The position numbers and the translations under genes are program-made. Shown here piece by piece: positions 13,069-26,400 of a DNA stretch of 64,000 bases (positions are counted from its first letter, which is position 1; every line of letters starts with the position of its first letter). The notes beneath the pieces were generated by a model that was not told where the DNA came from, ran no database searches, and saw only the letters and a program-made list of their open reading frames with translations. This DNA is from Camelus ferus (lineage: Eukaryota): contig NC_045719.1 in NCBI RefSeq assembly GCF_009834535.1, positions 7,254,001 through 7,318,000 on the forward strand, read 5' to 3'.

Positions 13069-13883
13069 GGGCAGAGGACCTGAATAGACAGTTTGCTGAA
13101 GACATAATGAAGGTCAACATGTACATGAAAAGATGTTCAACATCACTAACCATTAGGGAAATGCAAATCAAAAGCACAGTGAGATGCCACCTCTCACATA
13201 CCATCAAAAACACAAAGGATACCAAGTTTTGGTAAGACTGTGGGAATGCAGATTTGTACAGCCATTATGGAAAACAGTACGGAGGAGCCTCAAAAAATTA
13301 AAAATAGAACTACTGTATGATCCAGCAGTCTCACTTTTCAGTATATATCCAAAGGAAGTAAGAATAAGATATCAAAAACATATCTTCACTCCTCTGTGCT
13401 TTGCAGCATTATTTACAATAGCTAAGATATGGAAACAACCCAAGTGTTCATTGATGGATGACTANNNNNNNNNNNNNNNNNNNNNNNNNNNNNNNNNNNN
13501 NNNNNNNNNNNNNNNNNNNNNNNNNNNNNNNNNNNNNNNNNNNNNNNNNNNNNNNNNNNNNNNNNNNNNNNNNNNNNNNNNNNNNNNNNNNNNNNNNNNN
13601 NNNNNNNNNNNNNNNNNNNNNNNNNNNNNNNNNNNNNNNNNNNNNNNNNNNNNNNNGTGGAATAGTGGTGGCCTGGGTCTAGGGGATGGGGGAAATGAGG
13701 AGATATTGATCACAGGGTACAAACTTCCAGTTATAAGATAATAAGTAATTATGTGAGGTGATGGATGTGTTAACTAGTCCTTTTGTGGTAACCATTTTAC
13801 AATATACCTGAGTATCAAATCACCCTGTGACTTTAATCTTTCACAATGTTATGTCCATTATATCTCAGAAAAGCTGGAAAATA
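13069..13883 (+). mobile_element. 5'-truncated L1 (ORF2 C-terminus and 3'UTR), contains an N-run
   Basis: MKRCSTSLTIREMQIKSTVRCHL and ALFTIAKIWKQPKC are L1 ORF2 C-terminal motifs. The 3' end reads tatctcagaaaagctggaaaa. Confidence 0.9.
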
Positions 13884-14128
13884 AGACCACTGCAACCTAC
13901 AGTCAGAAAAAATTAAACATACAGTTTTCTGATTGCTTCAGACAACATATAACATTGTTCTACTTAATTCATAGGTTTCTTCTACCAGGAAAAAAAGTAA
14001 TAAGTTTGAGTAAGTAACTCAGTTTGAGACAAAATGAAAAATTTTAGTGCCCTCCTCCCTCCCCTCTTTCTCTACTCTCCCCTCACCACCCTGACAATTG
14101 TCCTGGAAGCCTGCATCAAGACCTTTCT

Positions 14129-14247
14129 GGGAGGAGGGCATAGCTCAGTGGAAGAGTGTGCACTTAGCATGCACAAGGTCCTGGGTTCAATCCCCAGTAC
14201 CTCCAATATAAATAAATACCTAATTACCTGCCCCCTCCCCCACCAAA
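14129..14247 (+). mobile_element. tRNA-derived SINE (Vic-1-like)
   Basis: Same head. TSD-like aagaccttt/cct flanks. Confidence 0.88.
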
Positions 14248-14422
14248 AAGACCTTCCTAGGCCTGCTTTCCTCTTGTCAAGAGGGCCAACATTCTTTTCT
14301 CCCTACCACCAGACTGTCAGTGTGGCTGACTTCATTGAGGCAACAGAAGGAAAATAACAGGACTAAAAGCATTCATTCTAAGATCTTTTCCAAGGTAGTC
14401 ATATTTGTAAGTAGAGCATATT

Positions 14423-14536
14423 GAAGGGGAGGGTATAGTTCAGCAGTAAAGTGCATGCTTAGCATGCATGAGTTCCTGGGTTCAATCCCCAGTACCTCGG
14501 TTAAACAATAGTAAATAAATAAAAATAAATTTTTTG
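14423..14536 (+). mobile_element. tRNA-derived SINE (Vic-1-like)
   Basis: Same head. TSD aagtagagcatatt / aagtagagcttatt. Confidence 0.88.
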
Positions 14537-15223
14537 AAGTAGAGCTTATTTACCCACATAAATTCCTATTAGGTGAGATATGGATTTCAGCCTGTTTTCC
14601 CAAGGAAATTAAAGAATTCCAGTACTATGGGGGGAAGAGGGACGTTATTGTCACTTCTTAGAGAAGGTGGCTACTGCTGATGATACAAGGAGTTTCACAG
14701 TTTGACTCCTTACAGCACCTAGAAGATGCTTTAAGGATGATGGCCATGAGTCATCCTTGACCCCTGAGTAGTTTGATTATTATGTCTTTTTTCCCTATTT
14801 CTAGATTGAGAAGATTTCAATCAATTATAGGCATATATTTATGCAGATAATATTTCAAATGTCATACCAAAATGCTGTTCAGAAACTGATGTTCAAGTAA
14901 ATGGTGAAAGAATTCTAACTTGGCTGGAGTATACAGCCATGATCTCCAATAAGTCTGTTATTCAGAGTCTTCCCAGCTCTGCACACTCACTCTTCTTAAG
15001 CACTTTGTGCTTTCCATTTCCATTGCTTCATATATGCAAAATTCAACCACAAAGTAAAATGCCTTTGATGGGGCCATCATTATATATCCTCCCTTGGACC
15101 CTAGCATCATACAGTCTAGTCATTGAACAAATAGGAGAGTCAACCCAAGTCTGTATGTTCAGAACATGACTCCAGAGAGGCATAGGTGATAAGCAGGATT
15201 TGGTATTCACAGAAAAGAGCCAT

Positions 15224-15797
15224 GTCTCATAGCAGCACTATATACAATAGCCAAGACATGGAAGCAACCTATATGTCCATCGACAGATGACTGAATAAAG
15301 AAGTNNNNNNNNNNNNNNNNNNNNNNNNNNNNNNNNNNNNNNNNNNNNNNNNNNNNNNNNNNNNNNNNNNNNNNNNNNNNNNNNNNNNNNNNNNNNNNNN
15401 NNNNNNNNNNNNNNNNNNNNNNNNNNNNNNNNNNNNNNNTGCTATTACTCATGTGTGGAATCTAAAAAAAAAAGAAAAAAGAGGACACTAATGAACTCAT
15501 CTACAAACCAGAAACAGACTCGCAGACATAGTAAACAATCTTATGGTTACCGGGGCAAGGGGATGGGAAGGGATAAATCTGGGAGTTTCAGATTTGCAAA
15601 TGTTAACTGCTATGTATAAAAATAGATTTTTAAAAAATTTCTTCGGTATAGCACAGGGAAGTATATTCAATATCTTATAATAACGTTTAATGAAAAAGAA
15701 TATGAAAATGAATATATACATATATGCATGACTAGGACATAAAGCTGTACACCAGAAATTGACACATTGTAACTGACTATACTTATTTAAAAAAAAA
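15224..15797 (+). mobile_element. 5'-truncated L1 with perfect TSD, contains an N-run
   Basis: 13-bp TSD agaaaagagccat (15211-15223 and 15798-15810) and a poly-A tail. Confidence 0.9.
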
Positions 15798-18700
15798 AGA
15801 AAAGAGCCATTTTTAAGAGGATTGTTTCTAAATTCCATAATTCACATTTTCTTAAGCAAGTGAAAATCAGGAAATGGTGCTGGAAAACAAGAGCAGTATT
15901 TTTTAACCATATAATCACCTCCCTCCTCTCTGGAAAATTCCTAGACTTTTCCCTCTCTGAGCCTGAATCTCCAATTTACTGCCTTATGTCGACTGTTTAC
16001 AAAATACAGATCCAATCATTCTTTATTTAATTATTAACAGTATCTAGAGTGCCTAGTACAGTACCTGGCGAGTATCTGTCGAGTAGGCACTCAGTAAATA
16101 TCTGTTGCATGAATGAATGAACCATTGAAATCTGTGACTCATATTTATTCAGCAAAAATACAAATGGTGTTTTTAATTAATCCAACAACATATGGTATTG
16201 ATTCTAAATGAGTTTCCTTACACCATAAGCAAGCACTGAGATACTGATACTGCAAAGGTACTTCTGCTACCAGAATATAATTATAGTAATGTATTACTAG
16301 ACTTATTTGTTAAATATAGACTATAAATATGCTTTAATCAGCCCTTCATTAAGTTGCACAGAAATTTTTAAATGCTTAGGCTACTAGATTTCTCTTTCTT
16401 CAGGGCAACAGAGCCCTTGTCCTGGATCCCCTACCTGGCACTGGTCCAGCTGCAACCCCCACCCCTACCAGTGGCAGCATCTGCAGAGCCAAAGGGGGAC
16501 ATGCATACCCAGAGCCCATACCCCCTCTCTTAGACAATGTTCTGGGTGTCCAGGACTCCAGAGTTTCCAGGTCAGGCAACGCCATGCTAATTCCAGAACC
16601 TGTGCAATGCCACGTCCCAGGGTCCCTCCTCCAGAGGCTGGACACACCTAGAGTGCTGATGCCTCACCTGAGGGAGTGGCTATACAGAGTGGAGAGGGAT
16701 GCCCACACAAGTGCGTGCAGGAGACAGCGAGGGACGGGGAGAGAGGCGGCTGGCCTCAGGCTAAGGACCAGGGCTTGCTTTCCCCATGTCACCATATTCC
16801 AGCACAGACCACCAAAGAGGCCAACGGTTCTAAACTCAAAGCTTCCTTCCAAAATTACTGGAAAAATAGGCACCAGGATGTTGGTTAATTTTGGAGGGTG
16901 GCATTGTGGGTAACTTTTTTCTGTGTGTTTTATCGTTTTCTGCCTCACATTTCATGTCTGTAAAATGGAATAACAACAGGACACCTCCCATCAAATTGTT
17001 ATAAAGCCTAAATGAGATCATGCATACAAAGTTGAAGCATAGTACTTGACATAGAACAAATGCTGGATAAAGTCACTGTAACTACAATTAGTATAACACA
17101 CAATATTGATTTTGTAACTAGGAACACAGGCAATAAATGCTATTTTTAAATTCAGCTTAAGAAAAAAAAAAAAGTAGCCTTCTGTGTTGCCAGGAAAGTT
17201 TGTGTCAAGATGGAAAGTAAAACGGTTACAGTTTGGTAGCTTGATGTATAACTTTTCAGAATTTAGACACATGGTTTGTCCACCTCTATTTATACTCCTG
17301 CCCCTGGCTTTGCAAATATTAGGAGTGCTCTCCTCAAATTCTTTTCTTGAATTTCAAATATCCAGATATCCTGAACATGCTTAGTGAAGTCGCACAAGTG
17401 AGAATCTGCCCATTTAAACCTTTGAGATTTCTTATGACCTCAAACTTACTAACAGAGGGGCGTGGTTCAGATGAACAGGTTTCCTTGAGGCAGCCTATGA
17501 ATGTCAACAACATTCATCTCCGGTGGTAATAATGTTCAAATAATAATGAGGTTTATTGAGCATTTAGCAGATACCAGGTACAGCACCAAGTAACTTGCAT
17601 ACATTATTCTGTTCAATCTCCAAGACTCTAAAGTGAGTACTGAGATTATTTTATTTGACAGATGAGGAAACTAAGATGTAGCAAAGATCCATAGTTTAGT
17701 AACTTTTCCAAGTTTCCACAGCAGAAGGGACAAGATCTGGGTGCCAGCTGGCTTGGCAGCCTACAGGGCACCTGCTCTCTACCATGAATTCCACTGCCTG
17801 CAGTATCACCATCCTCTCTTGGTCTCCGCCTCCTCTCTTCCTTAGGCTCTTTCCTCTTCACCTTTGCCCCATCCCGCTCAGCCCTCAGGCCTCTGACCCC
17901 CAGGTTATAATTGCCTATTGTGTTGAACATAGAGATCACTTGAGGGGACTGATGCCTTTCAACACACACACAAGAAAGGAAAGATACTCGAGTGAGGGGT
18001 TACCTGGGAATCAGGCACTGCCCCATGATGGGATGAGGGAACCAGAGCTGAGCCATGGAGATCTCAGAGAGGCTGGTGGTAAATCGGAGCATGGGACGTG
18101 CACAGTGCACCCGGTGCCAGGAGTGTGCTGTGAGTGAGTGTCCGCTGTATCTTGAAAAAGAAGGGACAGAAGAGGATAGAACTGAGAAGGTGAATGGACA
18201 TGAGCCTTGGTGCTGAAGTGGAGGGAATGGGCATGTCAACTGAAGGAATGTCTCCAGGCAGGGAGCACAGTTCAGGTCAGAATAAATAAGTAAAATTCAC
18301 TCTTCTTCATTCAACTCCAAACCAAACCTACTCTCATTTGTTCATTAGATCATATCCATGTTTTTAAAAATTGAACCTAACATACGTGTTTTTGAAATAC
18401 AGAGATGTTGGGAGGAGTTATAAATTTCCTCAAAATTGATACGTGTTTTGTTTCAGTCCATGAGCCCAGGACAGATGCAAAATGTTTCCAGAAGCATGTC
18501 ACTGAATGAAATAGTTTGGGAAGGAGCAAGGGGAAAAGAAAGCCTTTCCCTCCGTCTCCTTTTCTCTCTTTTCTTTCATCTTCAAATGCACTATGCTCAC
18601 TATTAGGGAATAGACTGAGGCACAGTCTTGACATCTGCCCTCCACAGAGAGAGAGAGAGAGATGAAAATGATATTTAAGTCCACATTTCAGTTCAGCCTC

Positions 18701-19827
18701 ACCCTTCTTCCTGTACAGAAGCATCTAGGGCACTCAAAAACTCCTCCTTGCTCTTGTTTCTGTTACCATGACAACAGGCATCTGTTCTGAATGGACCAGA
18801 AGGATAAGGAAACAAATATGCTTCAGCCTACTTGAGAAATACTTTCTTGTTGATAGTGTAGGGGAGGAAAACTCCCTTCTCCTTTCTAGGTTCTCTGGCT
18901 GGTCTAATAATTCAACTGACATAAGACAGAGTAACAAGAGAAAAACAAATTTAATTTCAAACATACAGGAACCCATAAAAATAGGAGAATCCAAAAAGTG
19001 ACCAAAGCAGGAAGCTCTTATACCTTTCACACAAGGAGAAAATAAATCTGTGAAGAAATGACAAAACAAAGGGGCATGGGCTTGGAGTAGCAAATCACTG
19101 AAGTAACAACGTTTGTTTATATGGACTTGTTAGCCCTGAATTCCCTATTTCTGGCAACAAGGGTGCCTTCTATTCTCCTGATACAGGAAGGGAACTTCAC
19201 ATGCAAGATTTATTTCTTGTTTTCAGGGGGACAAAGGAGGGTCAGAATGTTCTTTTGCACTGGCTGTTTCTTAAACAACTTTGATTCGAAATAATCAATA
19301 TGCCAAAGAAGCATATTTTGGGGTGGGATATTCTGTTCTCTTTCTGTCCTACCTTTGAAACTTCCAAGAAGTTTCACAATTAAGAAGCTATGTTAGCAGA
19401 CTGCTCTGTTATTTCACTGAATTAGTCTCTTAGTCTTGAAAATAGGTTGATTCATGTAAATTTATTTCAGGAGGTGGTGATGCTAAGGTGGGTTCCCAAA
19501 GTTAGGTCTATACTGTGCAAGCATCACTGTACTTCATACCCTTCCTAAGCCGAAAACACAACTTACTCTCCTTGCATACAGTCACAAGGAAAACTTGCCA
19601 ATATTATTTGCAAATATTACTATTCCTAATAGTTTTAGTTATATTAGAATTCTTAACACTTAAAAAGCTTAATTTCTACTGAAAATTAAGAAGCAAGCAA
19701 TTGTGAACTTTTATATCAGCATTCTTTAGATTTGCAAATTTATTAATAAATTTCATAACCTCATAGAAGCATATGCTTTCTCACAGTACAATTTTTCTTT
19801 TTGGTAATAAGCTAAAAGTGGATAAAA

Positions 19828-19936
19828 CTTTTCTTTTTTTAATTTATCTTTTGTAATGGATGTAATGAGGATTGAACCCAGGACCTCAGGTACGCTAGGC
19901 ATGCACTCTTACCACTGAGCTATATCCTCCCCCCAC
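19828..19936 (-). mobile_element. tRNA-derived SINE (Vic-1-like) nested in the ERV internal region
   Basis: Reverse-strand head. TSD aaaagtggataaa. Confidence 0.88.
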
Positions 19937-21084
19937 AAAAGTGGATAAACTTGTGTTTAATAATTAATGTTTCTATATTTTGTTGTATCTGGAAATGATC
20001 TAGATATTAAATGAATTTCCATTATTTACTTTAACTTAGCAAAACTTTAAGGGTATAAGTTCCCTAAGAGATTTTGGAAACTATTTAAGTAGGCATATCA
20101 TAAAACATAATTATTATTGAAAAGTTCACTTAGAAATGTTTTTAATCCCACTTGCATTTATTTAATTCACCTGTTCTTAAACCATACTTAGATTACTCAT
20201 GAAAATTTCATGAGACATTAAAGCAGCTAGTCATCATCTTAAATTACTTTTCTTGCTCACAGATTTTGTAACAGGGATAACACGAGCTTATCTGACTCTT
20301 AGTAAATCAAGTAAAATAAAAGTATTCTTAATTTTGATAACTCTAAAGGCATGCATGTTTTAATTAAGCCAACAAACTTAAACTAGTTTTTTTTTTTTTA
20401 CTTAATATGATCATAGATCACATGAACTTGAAAAATATTTGGATTCGTTTTTGTATCTCTGAGGGTATACTTAACTTATATAGCAGTTGTTTGTGTTTAT
20501 GCCAATTAAATAGAGTTCTTTATAAGTAAATGTTGGCAACACCATCTGAAGGTAGAAAATATGTGTGTGTGTTTGTGCGTGTGTACACATACATGCGTGG
20601 ACATACTTAAATACATAAACAGTATTGACAGGCATGGAGACCCTATAGCTCCCAGTCCAAAATTTTACCTGTGAATAAGGTGCAACAAGTTAAAATTCAT
20701 TAGTCTAAAAATAGCAGTTGAAATAAGTTTATTAGATCAGGTGACTAAAGTTTTTACTGTTTATCAAATGGGACTTTCAAAATTTGTATTTGCCCTTGAC
20801 GAGTCATCTTGTGGCGGCTGTGGACTGTAGTTTGAGCCAGGGAGCTTTTACAGCAGTTTGTGTTTTAGAAAGCCTCTTTTCTCTATTTTTCTCCATCCGT
20901 CTCAAGCATTTGTGAGCAGTGTTTTAGTTATCTCCTGGTGTGTTTACATTTCAAAGACACGGTAAGATTTGTATCTTCAAGGGACAGAGAAAGAATAAAA
21001 GTTTTTTCCTAGGAGGCTTGGAGTATATTTGTCTATTATCAGAAGTCTAGGATAATTACCGTTTAAATTTTTCCTCCTTTTTCT

Positions 21085-21470
21085 TAAGTGCAGAGCAATT
21101 ACATTTCCAGTGTCCTGACTTTTTTTATAATGCCTGCAAATGTCTGAAGGCAAATAGGAAAGGATCTGAGTGGACTCTGAGTTGCTCCCAGAGTTACACT
21201 TACATTTTTCTAAAATTTCAAGTTGCAGCTCAGGAATTACTGATTTTAACTCCTTTCACCTCAAATTTCTTCACGCTATCTTCAAATAATTGAACGGTGC
21301 TTTCTTTCATTGTAATGCTTTGAGGTTGATTAGCACACTAATCACACTATTTTGGATTTGCCTTTTCATATCAAAGAGAAAGTTTCCTACTAAGGGAAGA
21401 ATGAAAAGATGTCTGTGTTCTAGAGCTTCAGGGTTTAGTGGAGCATACCTTTCGAAACTCTGTATGAAGT
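21085..21470 (-). pseudogene. Degenerate gag remnant of the two-LTR element
   Basis: CA-like stretch (..PLNPEALEHRHLF..) and a frameshifted NC knuckle C-R-H-Y-K-K/S-G-H-W-K-C-N-C at about 21138-21095. Confidence 0.55.
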
Positions 21471-23421
21471 GTTCAGCAACGGCCAGGGATGCTGTCCTTC
21501 ACTCTGAATGCCCAGTGAATTCAGACCAACCCGCCTTAGAGGGGAAAGTTTCGATCAGCCCCTCACTACCAGCCTCCAGCTGAGCCATTTCCGGGTAATT
21601 TGCAGGAAGGCCTGGGAGAATTTCTGGTCATCTGTTTCCTCTGTGAGGGGGATTTCCTCCAGGGGCCTGTCTGGCTTATCTGATAATCAGGGTGAGAAGA
21701 ACACTCCTCGGCAGCCAAACAAGGTCCCTGTGAATGGGGTTTTGAAAGGCCGTTAATCTTTAACTCCTGTTTAAATTTGGCAGAATCTTCTGAAAGTAGA
21801 GGTAAAGGGGCTTTATAATTTAAAGCATTTGCTGCTGTCCAGGAGACATGAATTCTTTGGGTGGGGTCTAGAATATTTGTCTGCAAAGAATATTGCATAG
21901 GAAGACCTTAAGCTAGCAGGGCCCTGGCAAGCAGGAGTTGCAAGAGACAGCAAAGTGAACCCCACTTCCTGTCCTGGGTGCTTCTGCTAAATTCACTTCC
22001 TGACTTTCAGCATTTATGTGAATATCCTGTATACCCTGGACCTCCTTATTAGGCTGAGTGTTCTCTGTAAAACTTGCAGAGAAAGGGAAGTTTAAAACAG
22101 GCAGCTGGATGTTTAAGGGATTTTGTGGGGAAAGTGGAGGAGTTTGGGGAGCTAAGGGAATTTACTGAGGAGACAGGGCTGGAGCTTAAGAAGGGGAATT
22201 TATACTAGATGTGGACTTTAATTTTTAAGTCTAATTTCTGTTCTTTCATATTGTTAAGGGAGTCCCTAAGGCTAGGACACTCTTTTGTACCCATTTTTTT
22301 AAATTTGGTCTTTCCATAGGTACCAGTAAGACAATTGCTTAGAATGAGACTCTCAAAAAAAATTTTTTTTCAAATACATTAGTTTTTCCAATTCAAAGGA
22401 TCCTTTGGCCATTGACAAATAGGATTTTATATTAATCTCAGTAATGACTCAAACCAGTAAGTTTTTTATGGCTTACTCATGGACACAAGAGGCATCCTTC
22501 ACAAGATCCAGAAAGCTCAATCCCAGAGTTAGCCTATAAAAGCAGAGACCTTCATTGACACAGGCGGTAAGAAAGTTGTAGTGAAGAGTGTCTCTATTTC
22601 CTCATGAGAATGTGAGATGCCTCCAAGCACAGACATGTTAATATGTGACACTGGGAAGGTACTACTGGAATAGGACTTTTCCAGCACTAGGGAGACAATG
22701 AAAGTTGCCACAGCAAACGCCCCTTTGTAGACTGGGAACCCTTATGCCAAATTCCTCTGAGAGCTGGTACAGCTGGACAAAGAGAATGCTGCTTGTGACT
22801 TTGTGTCTCAGAATCCCAGTCTATTCAACTGGTCACCAAATGCAAGTTGGTACTTGCACTTTCTGGCTGGTGGTGACTAGAGAGAATATTCTCACTAAGT
22901 CACAAAGCCATATGCTCAGGACATAAAACAAGATGAAAGAGAAATCTCATGTGGTTTTCCGGACCCTCAGCAAAATTTAAATAGATGCCAGTCTGGTGAG
23001 AACTATGAACTCACCAGTCTGAGGCTGACTTGAATAATAGGCTTTTGGACTCACGTCTGTTTTCCATCCTATAGTTTCTCCCTGTAACAAATGACATAAA
23101 AGACAGAGACAAAAGAAAACAATGACCATCTCTAGGAGGAAATGGATTAACAGAAAACACAAATACTTGTGACAAATCTTTACCAGAGTGGCTGTACCCA
23201 AGGAACTAATTCACACAAATATTAATTTAGAAATTAGTATTTCTAATATTAATATTCCTGTCAGTCTTAATTTAGGAAAAGAAAAGGACTCTCACCACTC
23301 TCACTTACATCAAACCCTGCAGGCTGAGATCTGGGAGACCGACATGGTAAGGATTCTTAACCTCTTTCTGCTGGTGCTCGTCAGAGGTCCCCACACCTCG
23401 GCAATGTCCAACCAGTTGAGA

Positions 23422-23439
23422 GCCCCACACTGCATGCCA
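23422..23439 (-). other. Primer-binding-site-like sequence (tRNA-Lys type)
   Basis: TGGCATGCAGTGTGGGGC matches TGGCGCCCAACGTGGGGC at 13/18, 4 nt inside the 5' LTR end. Confidence 0.55.
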
Positions 23440-26400
23440 AAACGGTAGGGGAGAAAAAATTTTCCCTTCTCTTTTCTAGGTTCTTTGGCTGGTCTAATAA
23501 TTCAGTTGACATAAGATCAACAAGACAAAAATTTAATTTCATAAGTACAGAAGTCCACAAAAACGTGAGACTTCAAGAAGTGACCAAAGCCAGCAACTTT
23601 AATACCTCTTAGACAAGGAAACAATAAATCTATGAAGAATTGACAAAACAAAGGGATTTGGGGTAGCTAATTGGTAAAAAAGTAACAAAGTTTGTTTATA
23701 CAGACTTCTTGGTCCTGAATTCCCTATCTCTGAGAATAAGGATGCTTTTTATAGATTCAGGGAGGGTATCTTCACATGGGAGATTTATTTCCTGCTTTCA
23801 GGACAAAGGAGGGTCACTGTCCTTCTTGCACTGACTGTTTTTTAAGTAACTTTGATTCAAAGTGATCAATATGCCAAAGCAGCACACTGGGGTGGAATAT
23901 TCTGCTCTCTTTTGATAGCATGATACTCCCAGTGTTACTGGCTCCTAAGCATATTAAGTGGCTAGTGGAAGTGCCTTCAGGAACCAGATTCTGTCCAGGA
24001 TCTAAGCTTTGTGATTACAGGACAACACATTCAATCTAATTCTTCTCCCGTGGGAGCCCTCTGGCAGCTCTCTGCAGCAGCCAGGACACACAAGACCTGT
24101 GGTTCTGCATGGGCTCAGCCACGCACACAGTCTACCTTGGGCATGGCCACAGTCAAGGCTTGTTGGACAAAGCCAAGCATTAAGTCTAAGTCGCTGGTTA
24201 TAACTCAGAGAGAAAATAACAAAGTCCCTCTCCCAGCCACCCTCACAGCCATTGTATTTAGCTCCTGATCTCATTTAATACTTTAAGTATGCTGGACCCT
24301 GGTATGTAATTATTAGATTTAGTCATCTCGACATCTTTTTGGAGTGGATGCCATTACTTTTCATCAGGAGAAAAAACAATGCTCAAAGAAGTTAAATAAC
24401 ATGTCCAGATTCCCATAGCCACCAAAAAAAAACCTAATCTTCAAATTCACTTAGGTGAAAAAAAGGAGCCCATCCTTGTGGCCCACCACAGCTCAGGGAG
24501 TAGGGGCAATGCTGAGCAGTCCACTCACTGACTCATGACACACTCATCATCCCTGAATGAACAGCTTGGTCCTTGCTCCCTCATGGCTTACACACTGAGG
24601 CACGCAGGTCAGAGACAAGTAAAAATACATGTAAATATATATATACACAAGTCTGACAAGTATTGTTAAGGAAACAGTGCCCAAAGGAAGACTTGTGTCC
24701 TCATCCCTATGAAAAGTTCTGCCCTGCGGAGCCCTCTCTCCCTTGCAAAGCAAAGGCTGAGCCTTGATCTGCAAGCCTGAGATGATGTGCTTGGAAAGAG
24801 CTTCGCACAGTGACCGAGAACATCATTTACTCTCAGTCCATCATTTAAGGTCCAGCTCTGCTACAACCTAATTGTGTCACCTGGGACAAGCAACTGAAAA
24901 TTCTCTGGGCCTCATCAAATGCAGAAACATAGGGCATGTTGCTGAACCTGGCACATAACATAAATAAGAGTTTCTCAATTATGTTATTACTGTCATTATT
25001 TCCCTCCCACCCACACCCAAAAGTCCTCCCACATGGTGCCTGCAACAGCAGTGGGAAATGGTGGCCTCTAGAGATTACGGAACTCCAGCCATGGAGTGTC
25101 AGCTCATCTGGATGAACGCATCTACCTCCTCTGCCCACGCTGCCCCATCTCCTTTCTCTCCTGTGTTCTCTATGGGCTGACACAGCAAACGCTGCCAATG
25201 ACCCGCTCACATGTCCTCAGATCCCTTCACCATTTTCATGCTCACTGGCTCCCAGTGCACGTTCACTCCCGAAGGCAAGCATTGTGCCTCTTTTCTGGTG
25301 GCCTGCCTTCCAGCTGTCTGAGCGCAAATGTATGTCTCCTGGGGAGCCTTGCTAACGCATGACCACAGGTGCAGACACTAAAACCCTACTTCTCAGGAAC
25401 TTGAAGGAGATGACTCAAGGGAGTGCTCCCCTTCATACTACACCATCACTTGGCCTCGTCCCCTTCTGACTCACACTTCCCAACCTCCTACCAAGAGACA
25501 CTTACTAATAAATAAATTGCTTTCACAAGAATCCTCTTCCAGGGAACCAGCCTAAAACAGGATCGTGTTAACTCGCTTGAGTACTTGCTTTAAAAGCATG
25601 TTTAGAAGTAAACACTTGGGTGAGAAATGTTTCAGTCTTAGCAAGGCTTGACTCAGAAGCTTTAGAATTCTCTGAGAATTTGAAAGAGTGGCAACAGGCA
25701 TTTTGTCCTTCAGTATGAAAGATGGAGGACTACTAGAGTCGAGAAGTGTAAACACAGTGATGCATTTTGGAACAAGTTGCACCTTCCAGGCAGAAATCAC
25801 TCCTGAGTTAGAGTCATCAGACTTTCTGCTGCTGCTTGTTTCCAAATGAAATATTTCTTAAAGACAATTCAGAACGTACCAGAACAAGGAAGGCTTTCTT
25901 AGGGGCTCAAAGTTATAAGAAACTGTAACCTTTTAAGAGAAATGCAATTAAGTAGGAGTGAAATAGTCATCGTTTGAATGTCTAAAGGAATTCTAAGAGA
26001 ATCTCTTCATCTGTAGGGCTTAACCGTGGACACAACTTATAGACATGCAACAATGGTGCCCACCACCTCAGGGTGGCATTCAGTTAGATTAAAATATACC
26101 TAGGTTTTTATTTAAGAATAAAAAGCAAGGCAGCTCTAGATAGAAATAATTTTTGAGACGAGCCTCCTTTATCATGACTTCCGCTATGTGGCCCTAGATA
26201 CGAAATTTCTGCTACTTTGGTCGTAGCATTCAGAGTTCAGATAGAAATCACCTAGCCTGGTGTTTTCTTTCTAGTGTTCTACATTTCCAGTTTTTCCACA
26301 ATGGGTACATGGATACATATATACAGACATGTGCAAACCCATATGTGCTTTATGTGTATATAGTAAACATATAAGTATGTGTAAATATACAGAGGTTAAT

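Larger units (their letters stand above)
18857..23914 (-). mobile_element. Two-LTR non-autonomous ERV1 (MER4-group-like), 5058 bp
   Basis: LTRs at 18857-19345 and 23444-23914, 4-bp TSD ATAG (18853-18856 and 23915-23918), Lys-type PBS-like sequence and gag remnants. No pol or env motifs seen. Confidence 0.85.

Noticed and set aside
13184-13741. Long ORFs spanning N-runs (also 37739..38260, 45270..45614, 62942..63160)
   Set aside because: Their length is inflated by X residues. The determined parts are L1 or non-coding sequence.
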